Shown: one piece after another, positions 55,748 to 64,000 of the stretch
Layout of the letters: each line of letters starts with the position of its first letter
How positions within the stretch are numbered: the stretch's first letter is position 1
Source: an uncultured Bacilli bacterium
Lineage (GTDB): Bacteria > Bacillota_I > Bacilli_A > RF39 > UBA660
NCBI GenBank assembly: GCA_947589495.1
Contig: CANQAK010000003.1
Location: 218 to 64,217 of the forward strand
Direction: 5' to 3'
Length of the DNA stretch: 64,000 nucleotides
Made by a program: the position numbers and the translations under genes
Notes under the pieces: model-generated
What the model was told of the DNA's origin: nothing
The model's database searches: none
The model's input: only the letters and a program-made list of their open reading frames with translations

Positions 55748-55774
55748 CTTATAAATTTCTTAATATTTACTTAA
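55748..55774. promoter_or_regulatory. Three tandem 11-bp CTTA-N7 direct repeats (candidate VanR box) upstream of vanW
   Basis: CTTATAAATTT CTTAATATTTA CTTAA, with CTTA at 55748, 55759 and 55770. Matches the box at 58549-58575 at 25 of 27 nt. Confidence 0.5.
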
Positions 55775-56880
55775 GATAAAGGAATTCTTACATAAAATTT
55801 AGTATCTTCTTTATCACTTGTAGCTAAAATGCTTCCCCCATGTAATTCAATTATCTCTTTAGCTATTGCAAGTCCTAAGCCACTTCCCCCTGTTTTGGTT
55901 GTTCTAGATGTATCAACACGATAAAATTTTTCAAAAATTCTTTTTAATTTTTCAGGAGGTATTTCTTTTCCTTTATTTTCCACAATTATTAAAGCATTAT
56001 TATCTTCTTTAAGCAATTTAATTGTTATTAACTTATCAGTACTATAATAAATAGCGTTCTTAATCAAATTACTAAATACTCTTGCTAATTTATTAGAATC
56101 TCCCATTAATTCTATTTTACTTTCTAATTCTAAATTAATTTCTTTATTATTTTCTTTTAAAATCAATTCAAAATCATCAACAATTTGTTCTAAAAATAAA
56201 TTTAAATTTAATTTTTCTTTTTCAATAATAATCTTTTCTGAATTAAATCTTGCTATATCAAATAATTCATTAATCAAATCTTCTAATTTATAAGCTTTAT
56301 CTAAAGTTGTATTAAGATATTTTTCTCTTTGTTTTTTAGGCATATCTTTTACTTCATCTAATAAAGATAAATAACCAATAATGGATGTTAAAGGGGTTTT
56401 TAAATCATGAGCTAAATATACTATTAAATCATTTTTACGTTGTTCATTTTCTAATGCTAATTTTTCATTTTTTTCATTTTCTTTTTTTAAATGATTTAAT
56501 GTTTTTTGAAACTCTTCTAATTCACTAGGTAACTCAATATAATCAATATCTTTATTAAAAAGACTGCTTGCAGCATTACTTAAAGCTTTAATTAATTCAT
56601 TATATTTTTTTACAAATTTATATAAAATATAAACCATTCCTAAAACCCAACAAATTAAAACAAAAATATAAAATAAATCATTATCAAAAATATTATAAAA
56701 AATATCCCTACAAAAATAATATAAGTTTGGAGATATATTATATAACCATTGATAATCGAAAGAAAGAATCAAATTAGATAAAATTAATATTGTTAAAGGA
56801 AATAAAACTGACCATAAAACTAATTTAATAATTATATCTTTAAGTGTATTATATAAGAATTTATCATCACTATTTTTCAA
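55771..56880 (-). CDS. vanS: Sensor histidine kinase (VanS-like)
   Basis: Two N-terminal TM segments, H-box LAHDLKTPLTS, N box NLIKNAIYYS and G box GGSGLGLAIAKEI. Confidence 0.85.
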   Translation of the reverse strand: MKNSDDKFLYNTLKDIIIKLVLWSVLFPLTILILSNLILSFDYQWLYNISPNLYYFCRDIFYNIFDNDLFYIFVLICWVLGMVYILYKFVKKYNELIKALSNAASSLFNKDIDYIELPSELEEFQKTLNHLKKENEKNEKLALENEQRKNDLIVYLAHDLKTPLTSIIGYLSLLDEVKDMPKKQREKYLNTTLDKAYKLEDLINELFDIARFNSEKIIIEKEKLNLNLFLEQIVDDFELILKENNKEINLELESKIELMGDSNKLARVFSNLIKNAIYYSTDKLITIKLLKEDNNALIIVENKGKEIPPEKLKRIFEKFYRVDTSRTTKTGGSGLGLAIAKEIIELHGGSILATSDKEDTKFYVRIPLS

Positions 56881-57559
56881 TTTTATATCCTACTCCCCAT
56901 ACAGTTAAAATATATTTTGGATTCTTACCATTATCTTTTATTTTTTCTCTTAAATGTCTTATATGAACCATAATTGTATTATTATCATTTTCATAATATT
57001 TTTCTTGCCAAACTTCCATAAATAAATCTTCTGTTTTTACAACATTACCCCTATTTTTACATAAACACCACATTATTTCAAATTCTGTTTTAGTTAATTC
57101 TATTTTTTCTTCATTAAAATAAAATTCATGAGTATTATTATTTATTAAAATATTACGAAAATCAATAATATTTTCATCATTTGTTTTTAAATCATTATAC
57201 TTAGTATATCTTCTTAATTGAGCTTTTACTCTTGCTACTAATTCTAAGGGTTGAAATGGTTTTGTTATATAATCATCTGCTCCAATAGTAAGACCACTAA
57301 TTTTATCAATATCTTCTACTTTAGCAGTTACAAATATAACAGGGAAATTATATTTTTCACGTATTTTTTGACATAATTCAAAACCATTAATATTAGGCAT
57401 CATTACATCTAAAATTGCTAAATCAATTTTATATTCATCTAAAACTTTTAAAGCTTCTTTACTTTCATAACATTTATAAATATTAAAATTTTCATTTTTT
57501 AAATAAATTTCAATTAAATCTGCAATAGCTTTTTCATCATCAACAACTAAAATATTCAT
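56870..57559 (-). CDS. vanR: OmpR-family response regulator (VanR-like)
   Basis: Receiver domain (ILVVDDE...DLAILDVMMP) and a winged-helix C-terminus (TVWGVGYK). Confidence 0.88.
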   Translation of the reverse strand: MNILVVDDEKAIADLIEIYLKNENFNIYKCYESKEALKVLDEYKIDLAILDVMMPNINGFELCQKIREKYNFPVIFVTAKVEDIDKISGLTIGADDYITKPFQPLELVARVKAQLRRYTKYNDLKTNDENIIDFRNILINNNTHEFYFNEEKIELTKTEFEIMWCLCKNRGNVVKTEDLFMEVWQEKYYENDNNTIMVHIRHLREKIKDNGKNPKYILTVWGVGYKIEK

Positions 57560-57574
57560 ATTTTATCACCAAAT

Positions 57575-58492
57575 TTATAAATAAAATTCCCATAAATTTT
57601 TAATTTGACTTTTAATTCTATCATATTCCCAAAGCATACTGCTTCTTTCTTTACTATTAGGATCATTTATTTTAATTTTATCATCTACAATACTTGATAA
57701 AACAAGATAATGCCCATTAATAGTAAAGTCTCCTTTACGCATATTACAAATAATTGGATGACCATTTTTTAAAGCATTATAAATAACATTTTTAGATAGA
57801 GCTATTTCTTTTACTTTTACTCCATAAGATGCTGGTCCTTTACGCATTAAATCCCAAGTTGTTCCTGAATTTTCTTTATAAAATCCTTTTTCTTCAGCAA
57901 GTTTAGCTATTTTATATGGAGTAATAGTATTATCATTTTTTAAATATGCTATAACCATAGCTAAAGAAGTTGGACCACATCCACTTATAGCAATATTACT
58001 AGTTCCATATTTACCATAACCCCATCTTTCATCCCATTGATATAATAAAGGAACTACACCACTTTCTAAATTTCCAATGTCTTCACTATAAACTTTATCT
58101 TTTTTACTTTGATAATTTAAAACAAAATCTGTTAATTCAATATTTCTTGATAAAGCTTCCATTAATTTTTCTGGATATTTATCATAATTTTCTATAATCT
58201 TTTTAATTCTTTTATCTTTTTTACTAAAAAGATTAAGTCTTTCTAAAATAGTTCCATCTTCATATTGTAACATTGATACATCATCATAAGTTTTTACTCT
58301 TGATTCATCATTATCATCATCTTCTTCAATAATTTCATTATTATCTTCTTCACCGGGAGTAATATTTTCTATTTTTTCATCATTAATATTATTTACTTTT
58401 TTTAAAAAAATTACTGATGAAAAAATTAAAATTATTACTAATACAACTACTAGCATTACTCTTTTTATTTTCTTTTTTTTATTTCTCCTCAT
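57575..58492 (-). CDS. Membrane-anchored C39-like (peptidase_C39_2) cysteine peptidase
   Basis: Signal anchor, acidic linker, then SGCGPTSLAMVIAYL (Cys) and HYLVLSS...INDPNS (His/Asp). Confidence 0.65.
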   Translation of the reverse strand: MRRNKKKKIKRVMLVVVLVIILIFSSVIFLKKVNNINDEKIENITPGEEDNNEIIEEDDDNDESRVKTYDDVSMLQYEDGTILERLNLFSKKDKRIKKIIENYDKYPEKLMEALSRNIELTDFVLNYQSKKDKVYSEDIGNLESGVVPLLYQWDERWGYGKYGTSNIAISGCGPTSLAMVIAYLKNDNTITPYKIAKLAEEKGFYKENSGTTWDLMRKGPASYGVKVKEIALSKNVIYNALKNGHPIICNMRKGDFTINGHYLVLSSIVDDKIKINDPNSKERSSMLWEYDRIKSQIKNLWEFYL

Positions 58493-58548
58493 AATTAAAA
58501 CTCCTCACTCAATAATATCATAAAACTAAAAATTTTTATTAATTTAAA

Positions 58549-58575
58549 CTTATAAAATTCTTAATATTTTCTTAA
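58549..58575. promoter_or_regulatory. Second copy of the 3 x 11-bp CTTA-N7 box, upstream of the C39-like-vanR-vanS genes
   Basis: CTTATAAAATT CTTAATATTTT CTTAA, with CTTA at 58549, 58560 and 58571. Confidence 0.5.
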
Positions 58576-58579
58576 ATTA

Positions 58580-59812
58580 TTATTTTACTATATCATTTAT
58601 TTTAACATTTCTAGTATGTTTAATTTCATCCCATTTATTTGGCCTTTTAATAAGACATATAATATTTATTGGTATCCATGTTAAGACAAATAAAACAAAT
58701 AAGAACATACCACTTAAAACTGATTTAACTTTTTTATGTTTTAAACGTAAAACAATTATATCTACAATAATACCTAGTACATAAGTTATAATGAAATATA
58801 ACCATCCATATGCAAAAAAATAAGAGAAAATATCATGTAAATATATGCCACATAATCGAAAAGTTATTAAAAGTAATAAAAGGAAAAATGCTAAAACTTG
58901 CATTAAAGGTCCCAAATATATTAAAGACATATCAAGAGAAGCAATATTGCCAGTTTTTAAATAATTAATAAATAGTTTAACTGAATAGAATTTTTGACAT
59001 TCAAAAATTCCTGCAGACCATCTTTTTCTTTGTTTCCATGATTCTGAAAATTTACTAGGATATTCATCATAAGTAATTGCTTTTTCAACAAAGGCAATTT
59101 TTTCATTATTTAAAGCACATATACCTGTAAATTCTACATCTTCAGTTAAAGTATGTGTATTAAATCCCATTTCATCTATTAAAGATTTTTTAATCATAAA
59201 TCCGGTTCCATTTATTGAAGAAGAGGCATTTAATCCCATTCGAGAACGATTAAAAAAAACATTTTGAAATAAATAAAATAATGCATAGCTTCCACTTAAC
59301 CAATTATCAGATGGATTTTTAGCATCTCTATATCCTTCTGCAACACGATAACCACTTTCTATACATTTATTCATTTCTTTAAGAAAATCTGGATGAATAA
59401 TATTATCAGCATCAAAAATTATATAAGCATCAATTTCTTTGTTATCTTTTAGCTTATTAAAAGTATATTTTAAAACTTCACCTTTAGTTTTAACTTTTTC
59501 ATCACACTCTATTACTTTAGCATTATGATTATTAGCTACTTGTTTTGTATTATCTACACAATTATTAGAAATTACATATATTTGATATTTATCTTTCGGA
59601 TAATTTTGAGAATGCAAACTATCAATTAAATTACCAATTACTTTTTCTTCGTTTCGAGCTGGTATTAATATTGCAAAATTATTATTTTTCTTAGATTCTT
59701 TTTCTATATATTTACTTTTTTTAATTACTCCAATTAAACCGGTTATTGCAAAATAAATTCCATAAACTAATGTAATACTAAATATGATGTAATATATTAT
59801 TACAATTAACAT
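58580..59812 (-). CDS. Processive family-2 glycosyltransferase (IcaA/PgaC-like)
   Basis: FAILIPARNEE, DADN, TEDVEF and QRKRWSAG (QxxRW) motifs, with N- and C-terminal TM segments. Confidence 0.8.
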   Translation of the reverse strand: MLIVIIYYIIFSITLVYGIYFAITGLIGVIKKSKYIEKESKKNNNFAILIPARNEEKVIGNLIDSLHSQNYPKDKYQIYVISNNCVDNTKQVANNHNAKVIECDEKVKTKGEVLKYTFNKLKDNKEIDAYIIFDADNIIHPDFLKEMNKCIESGYRVAEGYRDAKNPSDNWLSGSYALFYLFQNVFFNRSRMGLNASSSINGTGFMIKKSLIDEMGFNTHTLTEDVEFTGICALNNEKIAFVEKAITYDEYPSKFSESWKQRKRWSAGIFECQKFYSVKLFINYLKTGNIASLDMSLIYLGPLMQVLAFFLLLLLITFRLCGIYLHDIFSYFFAYGWLYFIITYVLGIIVDIIVLRLKHKKVKSVLSGMFLFVLFVLTWIPINIICLIKRPNKWDEIKHTRNVKINDIVK

Positions 59813-59910
59813 AATTACTCCTTTATTTTTATTTTAACCCATTTTTACTTTTATATTTACCCCACCTATAAGGATAACACAAACTTATTTAAAATACATT
59901 AATTTTAAAT

Positions 59911-59935
59911 AAAAAAAGGTTAATTAACCTCTTTT
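59911..59935 (-). terminator. Terminator after the AAA ATPase gene
   Basis: Palindrome AGGTTAATTAACCT flanked by A and T runs. Confidence 0.55.
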
Positions 59936-59966
59936 AACATTTATTTTACAGTTCATCACCTAAATT

Positions 59967-61169
59967 TTAAAATTTATCATCCATTAAAAAGTCAAAAATA
60001 TTAAGATGTTTAATTCCATCTTGAGAATAATCTTCTTTATTAGTTGAAATTACATATTTAGGATAATTATCACTTATACTATTAAAAGCATTAAATTCTC
60101 TATTTCTAGTTTCTTCGTTTTTTAAATCATAACAAGCTTGAATATATTTAACACTCTTATTTTTAGATGCTATAAAATCTATTTCACCATCTTTAGTTTT
60201 TCCAACATAAACATCATACCCTTTTTTTATTAATTCATTGTAGATTAAATTTTCAAATGCTCGTGAGTAGTTAATCTCTTTACTATTAGTTTTAATTCTT
60301 TTTATACCCAAATCTGTAGCATAAAACTTATTTAATGATTTCAAAATAGCTTTTCCATTTACATCATATCTATAAACTCTGTTAATAATAAAAGTTGAAC
60401 AAAGTGCTTCTAAATATTTATACAACGTATCTGTAGCAACTTTATTGCCAGTTTTATCTAAATACTCTAACACATTGGTTGCAGAAAATTCTCTGGTTTC
60501 AGTTTCTAAAATGTATTGAAGTATTTTATTAAATGAAGTTACATCCGATATTCCAAGCCTTTCTACTACATCTTTAAGAAGTATTGAATCATAAACATCT
60601 CTAATATAATTTTCTTTTGAATCATTATTTTCGAAAGAAAATCTTTGAGGCAAAGTTCCCCATTCAAAGATATCTAATAATAAATCAAAATAATTTTCTG
60701 GTTTAGTATTAGTTATCTCTACAGCTTCTTTAAATGATAAAGGATTTATTCTAAAACTTACATATCTACCTGATAAATCTGTTGATAATTCTAAAAAGGT
60801 CATTTTACTATTTGAACCAGTAATAAAAATACTAAATTGGTTTGTAATTCTTAAAGAATTAATTGCTTTTTCAAAATCTTTTACTTTTTGAACTTCATCT
60901 AAAAATACATAGTAAGTCTTTTTATCTTTCGCTAAACTTTTAATATAGTTATTTAACTCTATTGCATCTGTTATATTAGCATAATCAAGTGATTCAAAAT
61001 TTATATATATTATATGATCATCTTTAACTCCACTTTTTTTAATTTCCTCGATAATTTGTTGCAATATTACAGATTTTCCACTTCTTCTTAATCCACACAA
61101 AATTTTTATTAATGAGTTTACATGATAAAAATCTTTAATTTTATTTAAATAGTAACTTCTCTTTAACAT
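59967..61169 (-). CDS. AAA+ ATPase with a DUF4143-type C-terminus
   Basis: Walker A GLRRSGKS, Walker B VFLDEVQ, and a 400-aa architecture typical of AAA_14/DUF4143 proteins. Confidence 0.7.
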   Translation of the reverse strand: MLKRSYYLNKIKDFYHVNSLIKILCGLRRSGKSVILQQIIEEIKKSGVKDDHIIYINFESLDYANITDAIELNNYIKSLAKDKKTYYVFLDEVQKVKDFEKAINSLRITNQFSIFITGSNSKMTFLELSTDLSGRYVSFRINPLSFKEAVEITNTKPENYFDLLLDIFEWGTLPQRFSFENNDSKENYIRDVYDSILLKDVVERLGISDVTSFNKILQYILETETREFSATNVLEYLDKTGNKVATDTLYKYLEALCSTFIINRVYRYDVNGKAILKSLNKFYATDLGIKRIKTNSKEINYSRAFENLIYNELIKKGYDVYVGKTKDGEIDFIASKNKSVKYIQACYDLKNEETRNREFNAFNSISDNYPKYVISTNKEDYSQDGIKHLNIFDFLMDDKF

Positions 61170-61381
61170 AGTATTTCACCTCATTAATATTATATAATAA
61201 AATTATTTTAATGAAAAGTTTTTTTGATGAATTGGAAAAACTTTTCATTTTTACATTTTTTTTGGTTGAATTGGAAAAACTTTTTTTAAAACAAAAAAGA
61301 AGTATTGCAATTTCTTTAATTTCTAAAGAATTTTGTTACTTCTTTTAATAAGAACTTATCTTTGTTTTATAAACATTACAT

Positions 61382-62665
61382 CTATTTCTTCTCTATCTTT
61401 GTCATTCCACCCATATAAGGTTGTAGTGCTTTTGGAATTAAAATACTTCCATCTTTTTGATAGTTATTTTCAATTACTGCAATTAAACCTCTTGGTGTTG
61501 CTACTACTGTATTATTTAAAGAACATAAATATTTATTACCTTCTTTACTTTTATAACGAACAGATAATCTTCTAGTTTGAGCATCACCCAAAATTGAACA
61601 AGAACCTACTTCAAAATATTTCTTTTGTCTTGGACTCCAAGCTTCTACATCACAAGATTTAACTTTTAAATCTGCAAGATCTCCACTACAACATTCAAGT
61701 GTTCTAACTGGAACATCTAAACTTCTAAAAAATTCAACAGTATATTGCCACATTTTATTATACCAGTTCATTCCATCTTCCATTTTACACAAAACAACCA
61801 TTTCTTGTTTTTCAAATTGATGAACACGATATAATCCTCTTTCTTCAAGACCATGAGAACCACCTTCTTTTCTAAAGCATGGTGAATAACTAGTCATAGT
61901 TACAGGTAATTCTTCTTCTTTTAAAATTTGATTAATATATCTTCCCATCATTGAATGTTCACTAGTACCAATTAAGTATAAATCTTCACCTTCAATTTTA
62001 TACATCATTGCTTCCATTTCTTTAAAACTCATTACTCCAGTTACAACATTACTTCTAATCATAAAAGGAGGAATATAATAAGTAAATCCTTTATCAATCA
62101 TAAAATCTCTTGCATAAGCAAGCATTGCACTATGAAGTCTTGCTATATCTCCTTTTAAAAAGTAGAATCCTTCTCCACTAGTTCTTCCTGCTGCTTCTTT
62201 ATCAAGACCTTCTAAAACATTAATAATATCAGCATGATAAGGTATTTCATAATCAGGAACAATTGGTTCTCCAAATTTTTCTAACTCAACATTTTTAGTA
62301 TCATCTTCCCCGATTGGAACACTATCATCAATTATATTAGGTATAACTAACATTCTTTTTCTTATTTCTTCTTCTAATGAAGTTTCTTCTTTTTCAAGTT
62401 CAGGAATTTCTTTAGCTATTTCAGCTACTTTTTCTTTTACTAATTTTGCTTCTTCTTGCTTTTTATCACGCATTAAAGAACCTATACTATCACTTAATTT
62501 ATTTTTTTCAGCTTTTAAGTTATCAACTTTTGTTTTACATTCTCTATATTTTTTATCTAACTCATAAACTTCATCTACTAAAGGTAATTTTTCATCTTGA
62601 AACTTTTTCTTAATATTCTCTTTTACTAAATCTCTATTTTCTCTAATTAATTTTATATCTATCAT
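61382..62665 (-). CDS. serS: Serine--tRNA ligase
   Basis: N-terminal coiled-coil arm (MIDIKLIRENRDLV) and class II motifs (FRKEGGSHG, TLNNT-like SLNNTVVATPR). Start set at 62665 after AGAAGGA. Confidence 0.95.
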   Translation of the reverse strand: MIDIKLIRENRDLVKENIKKKFQDEKLPLVDEVYELDKKYRECKTKVDNLKAEKNKLSDSIGSLMRDKKQEEAKLVKEKVAEIAKEIPELEKEETSLEEEIRKRMLVIPNIIDDSVPIGEDDTKNVELEKFGEPIVPDYEIPYHADIINVLEGLDKEAAGRTSGEGFYFLKGDIARLHSAMLAYARDFMIDKGFTYYIPPFMIRSNVVTGVMSFKEMEAMMYKIEGEDLYLIGTSEHSMMGRYINQILKEEELPVTMTSYSPCFRKEGGSHGLEERGLYRVHQFEKQEMVVLCKMEDGMNWYNKMWQYTVEFFRSLDVPVRTLECCSGDLADLKVKSCDVEAWSPRQKKYFEVGSCSILGDAQTRRLSVRYKSKEGNKYLCSLNNTVVATPRGLIAVIENNYQKDGSILIPKALQPYMGGMTKIEKK

Positions 62666-62679
62666 TTTAATCCTTCTTT

Positions 62680-62880
62680 CTATTAGAAAAGGATGGTACA
62701 TATAAGGAGTCTTATAAGACGGTACCATCCTTTTCTTACTTAATTAATTTAACGGTTTTACCGGTATTTGTTAAATACACTCTGAAAGTAGATTCGCATA
62801 TAATTATTTATTAGTTTCCACCAACCACTAATTCTCTATCTAATAATTATTATGTTACTATTCTTTCTTCATCGATTTTA
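62680..62880 (-). promoter_or_regulatory. T-box leader (serine) upstream of serS
   Basis: The minus strand has a GA motif (CGATGAAG), an AGAGA bulge and GGTGGAAAC distal-loop-like sequence. A candidate specifier GAA-TCT-A is present, with T-box core GGATGGTACCG. The terminator is AAGGATGGTAC...GTACCATCCTTTT. Confidence 0.8.
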
Positions 62881-62901
62881 CTTTTATAAATTATTCCCTA
62901 A

Positions 62902-63111
62902 TTATTTAAATCTATTCATTTGATTCATAACTTGTTTAACTTGTTTTTGACTTGGTTTTCTTCCCATGCTAGTCATCATTGTTTCAATCATTTTTTCATT
63001 GATGGGAGGATTTTTTTCTAAAAACTTTTTCATTATAGTACGTGCCACAATAAATCCAATAACAAATCCTACTACAAGTCCAATAACTAAATATAGAATA
63101 TTTTGTAACAT
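62902..63111 (-). CDS. yneF: UPF0154 (YneF) small membrane protein
   Basis: 69 aa with an N-terminal TM, then NPPINEKMIETMMTSMGRKPSQKQV. Confidence 0.8.
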   Translation of the reverse strand: MLQNILYLVIGLVVGFVIGFIVARTIMKKFLEKNPPINEKMIETMMTSMGRKPSQKQVKQVMNQMNRFK

Positions 63112-63545
63112 TATTTATTCTTTCCTTTCTTAACAGTTACTTTTTCATTTTTAAGTAAATCTCTAATTTCTTCTAATAAAAGAACTTCTTCACTTTTCTT
63201 TGGAGCTTCTTCTTTTACTTCTTCTCCATTTTTACCTTTTTTACCAAGTTTATGAATATTACTATTTAAATTATTCATAATTTTAACAACAATAAATAAA
63301 CAAAAAGCAGTAATTAAAAAGTCAATAATATTTTGAATAAACACTCCATATAATATTTTTGCACTTCCTACTGTTATCGCAAGACTAGAAAAATCAACTC
63401 CTCCTAGTATCATTCCAATGATAGGACCAAAAACATTATCTACTAAGCTACTAACAATTTTGCTAAAAGCACCACCAATAATTACACCGACAGCTAAGTC
63501 AACAACGTTTCCTCTTGCTATAAATTTTTTAAATTCTTGAAACAT
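63111..63545 (-). CDS. mscL: Large-conductance mechanosensitive channel
   Basis: Begins EFKKFIARGNVVDLAVGVIIGGAF and has two TM segments. Confidence 0.92.
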   Translation of the reverse strand: MFQEFKKFIARGNVVDLAVGVIIGGAFSKIVSSLVDNVFGPIIGMILGGVDFSSLAITVGSAKILYGVFIQNIIDFLITAFCLFIVVKIMNNLNSNIHKLGKKGKNGEEVKEEAPKKSEEVLLLEEIRDLLKNEKVTVKKGKNK

Positions 63546-63679
63546 TTACATCACCTACGCTTATTTTAATATAAATATAATTTTATTGCAATATTCAAGT
63601 TGCTTTTTTGTTTAAACTTAAAAAATAAGATGCAATCCTTTGTTATAATAGGATAGCATCTTTTAAAACTATTAATACT

Positions 63680-64000
63680 TTAAGAAACTATGTAGAATGG
63701 ATCATCGGATGTTCCATTTCCTTGAATTTCTGTACCAGACGATAGATAGAAGACTGGACGAATCGCGTTTAGAGTCTTTAAACTATTTTCGTAGACACTG
63801 CCACTCGAACGCACTAACAACGCACCGAAGTTATTGTTCGATTTATCCCAACGACCTATACGTGTCATGATCCATTCATCATCTAATGAATTTCCGTTAT
63901 TTTTCATATGCATCCATCCTTGCGTCTGACAATTAGTATATTGTGGATTTTTATCTGATTGACAATTGCCTTGTTTTGATTGGTAATAATAGTCATGTAA
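63680..64000 (-). CDS. Secreted modular protein D, C-terminal part only (family member 4, truncated by the window edge)
   Basis: The reading frame stays open to position 64000 (hand translation LHDYYYQSKQGNCQSDKNPQYTNCQTQGWMHMKNNGNS...). Ends with EWIMTR...IRPVFYLS...GNGTSDDPFYIVS. Confidence 0.75.
   Translation of the reverse strand, partial: LHDYYYQSKQGNCQSDKNPQYTNCQTQGWMHMKNNGNSLDDEWIMTRIGRWDKSNNNFGALLVRSSGSVYENSLKTLNAIRPVFYLSSGTEIQGNGTSDDPFYIVS

Noticed and set aside
61205-61330. Possible CRISPR array or other spaced-repeat array, here and elsewhere in the window.
   Set aside because: Only two copies of an 18-nt unit are present, with no regular spacer architecture. No CRISPR-like array or cas genes occur anywhere in the window.
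63680-63913. Stand-alone 77-aa gene as listed in the ORF track.
   Set aside because: The frame stays open upstream of the listed Met to the window edge, and that upstream part is homologous to the module body of locus C. It is therefore the C-terminus of a larger gene.

Overview
Very AT-rich chromosomal segment, coded almost entirely on the minus strand. It comes from an endospore-forming Bacillota: cotJ-type coat genes, yqfC/yqfD and a spoIIIAH-like gene are present. The species cannot be named from sequence alone.

The backbone is housekeeping: rimP-nusA-ylxR-infB-rbfA-truB, ftsK, trmL, a Ca-type P-ATPase, a clpC-like gene, rseP-cdsA, sepF-divIVA, glyQS and serS (each behind a T-box leader), tdk, recO-yqzL-era-dgkA-ybeY, rpsU, miaB, mscL and one tRNA-Arg(CCG).

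Accessory content:
1. Four dispersed paralogous genes (9.6, 17.8, 32.2 and 63.7 kb) encode secreted proteins built from tandem ~270-aa modules. Six of the seven modules carry a ~90-bp hypervariable patch at the same position. These patches are GC-enriched and A-depleted on the coding strand, which resembles DGR variable regions. No reverse transcriptase or template repeat is in the window.
2. Two of these genes share a TTGACT-N17-TATAAT promoter with a palindrome in the spacer. One of them lies divergent to a small XRE regulator.
3. Two 49-51-aa double-glycine-leader peptides, missed by the ORF track, sit next to a C39-ABC exporter and a miniature accessory protein.
4. A vanG-type cluster (vanR-vanS-vanW-vanG-vanXY-vanT) has a short soluble racemase and two copies of a 3 x 11-bp CTTA direct-repeat box.
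5. A decayed ISL3 element lies between the tRNA and rseP.

No rRNA genes or CRISPR arrays were seen.
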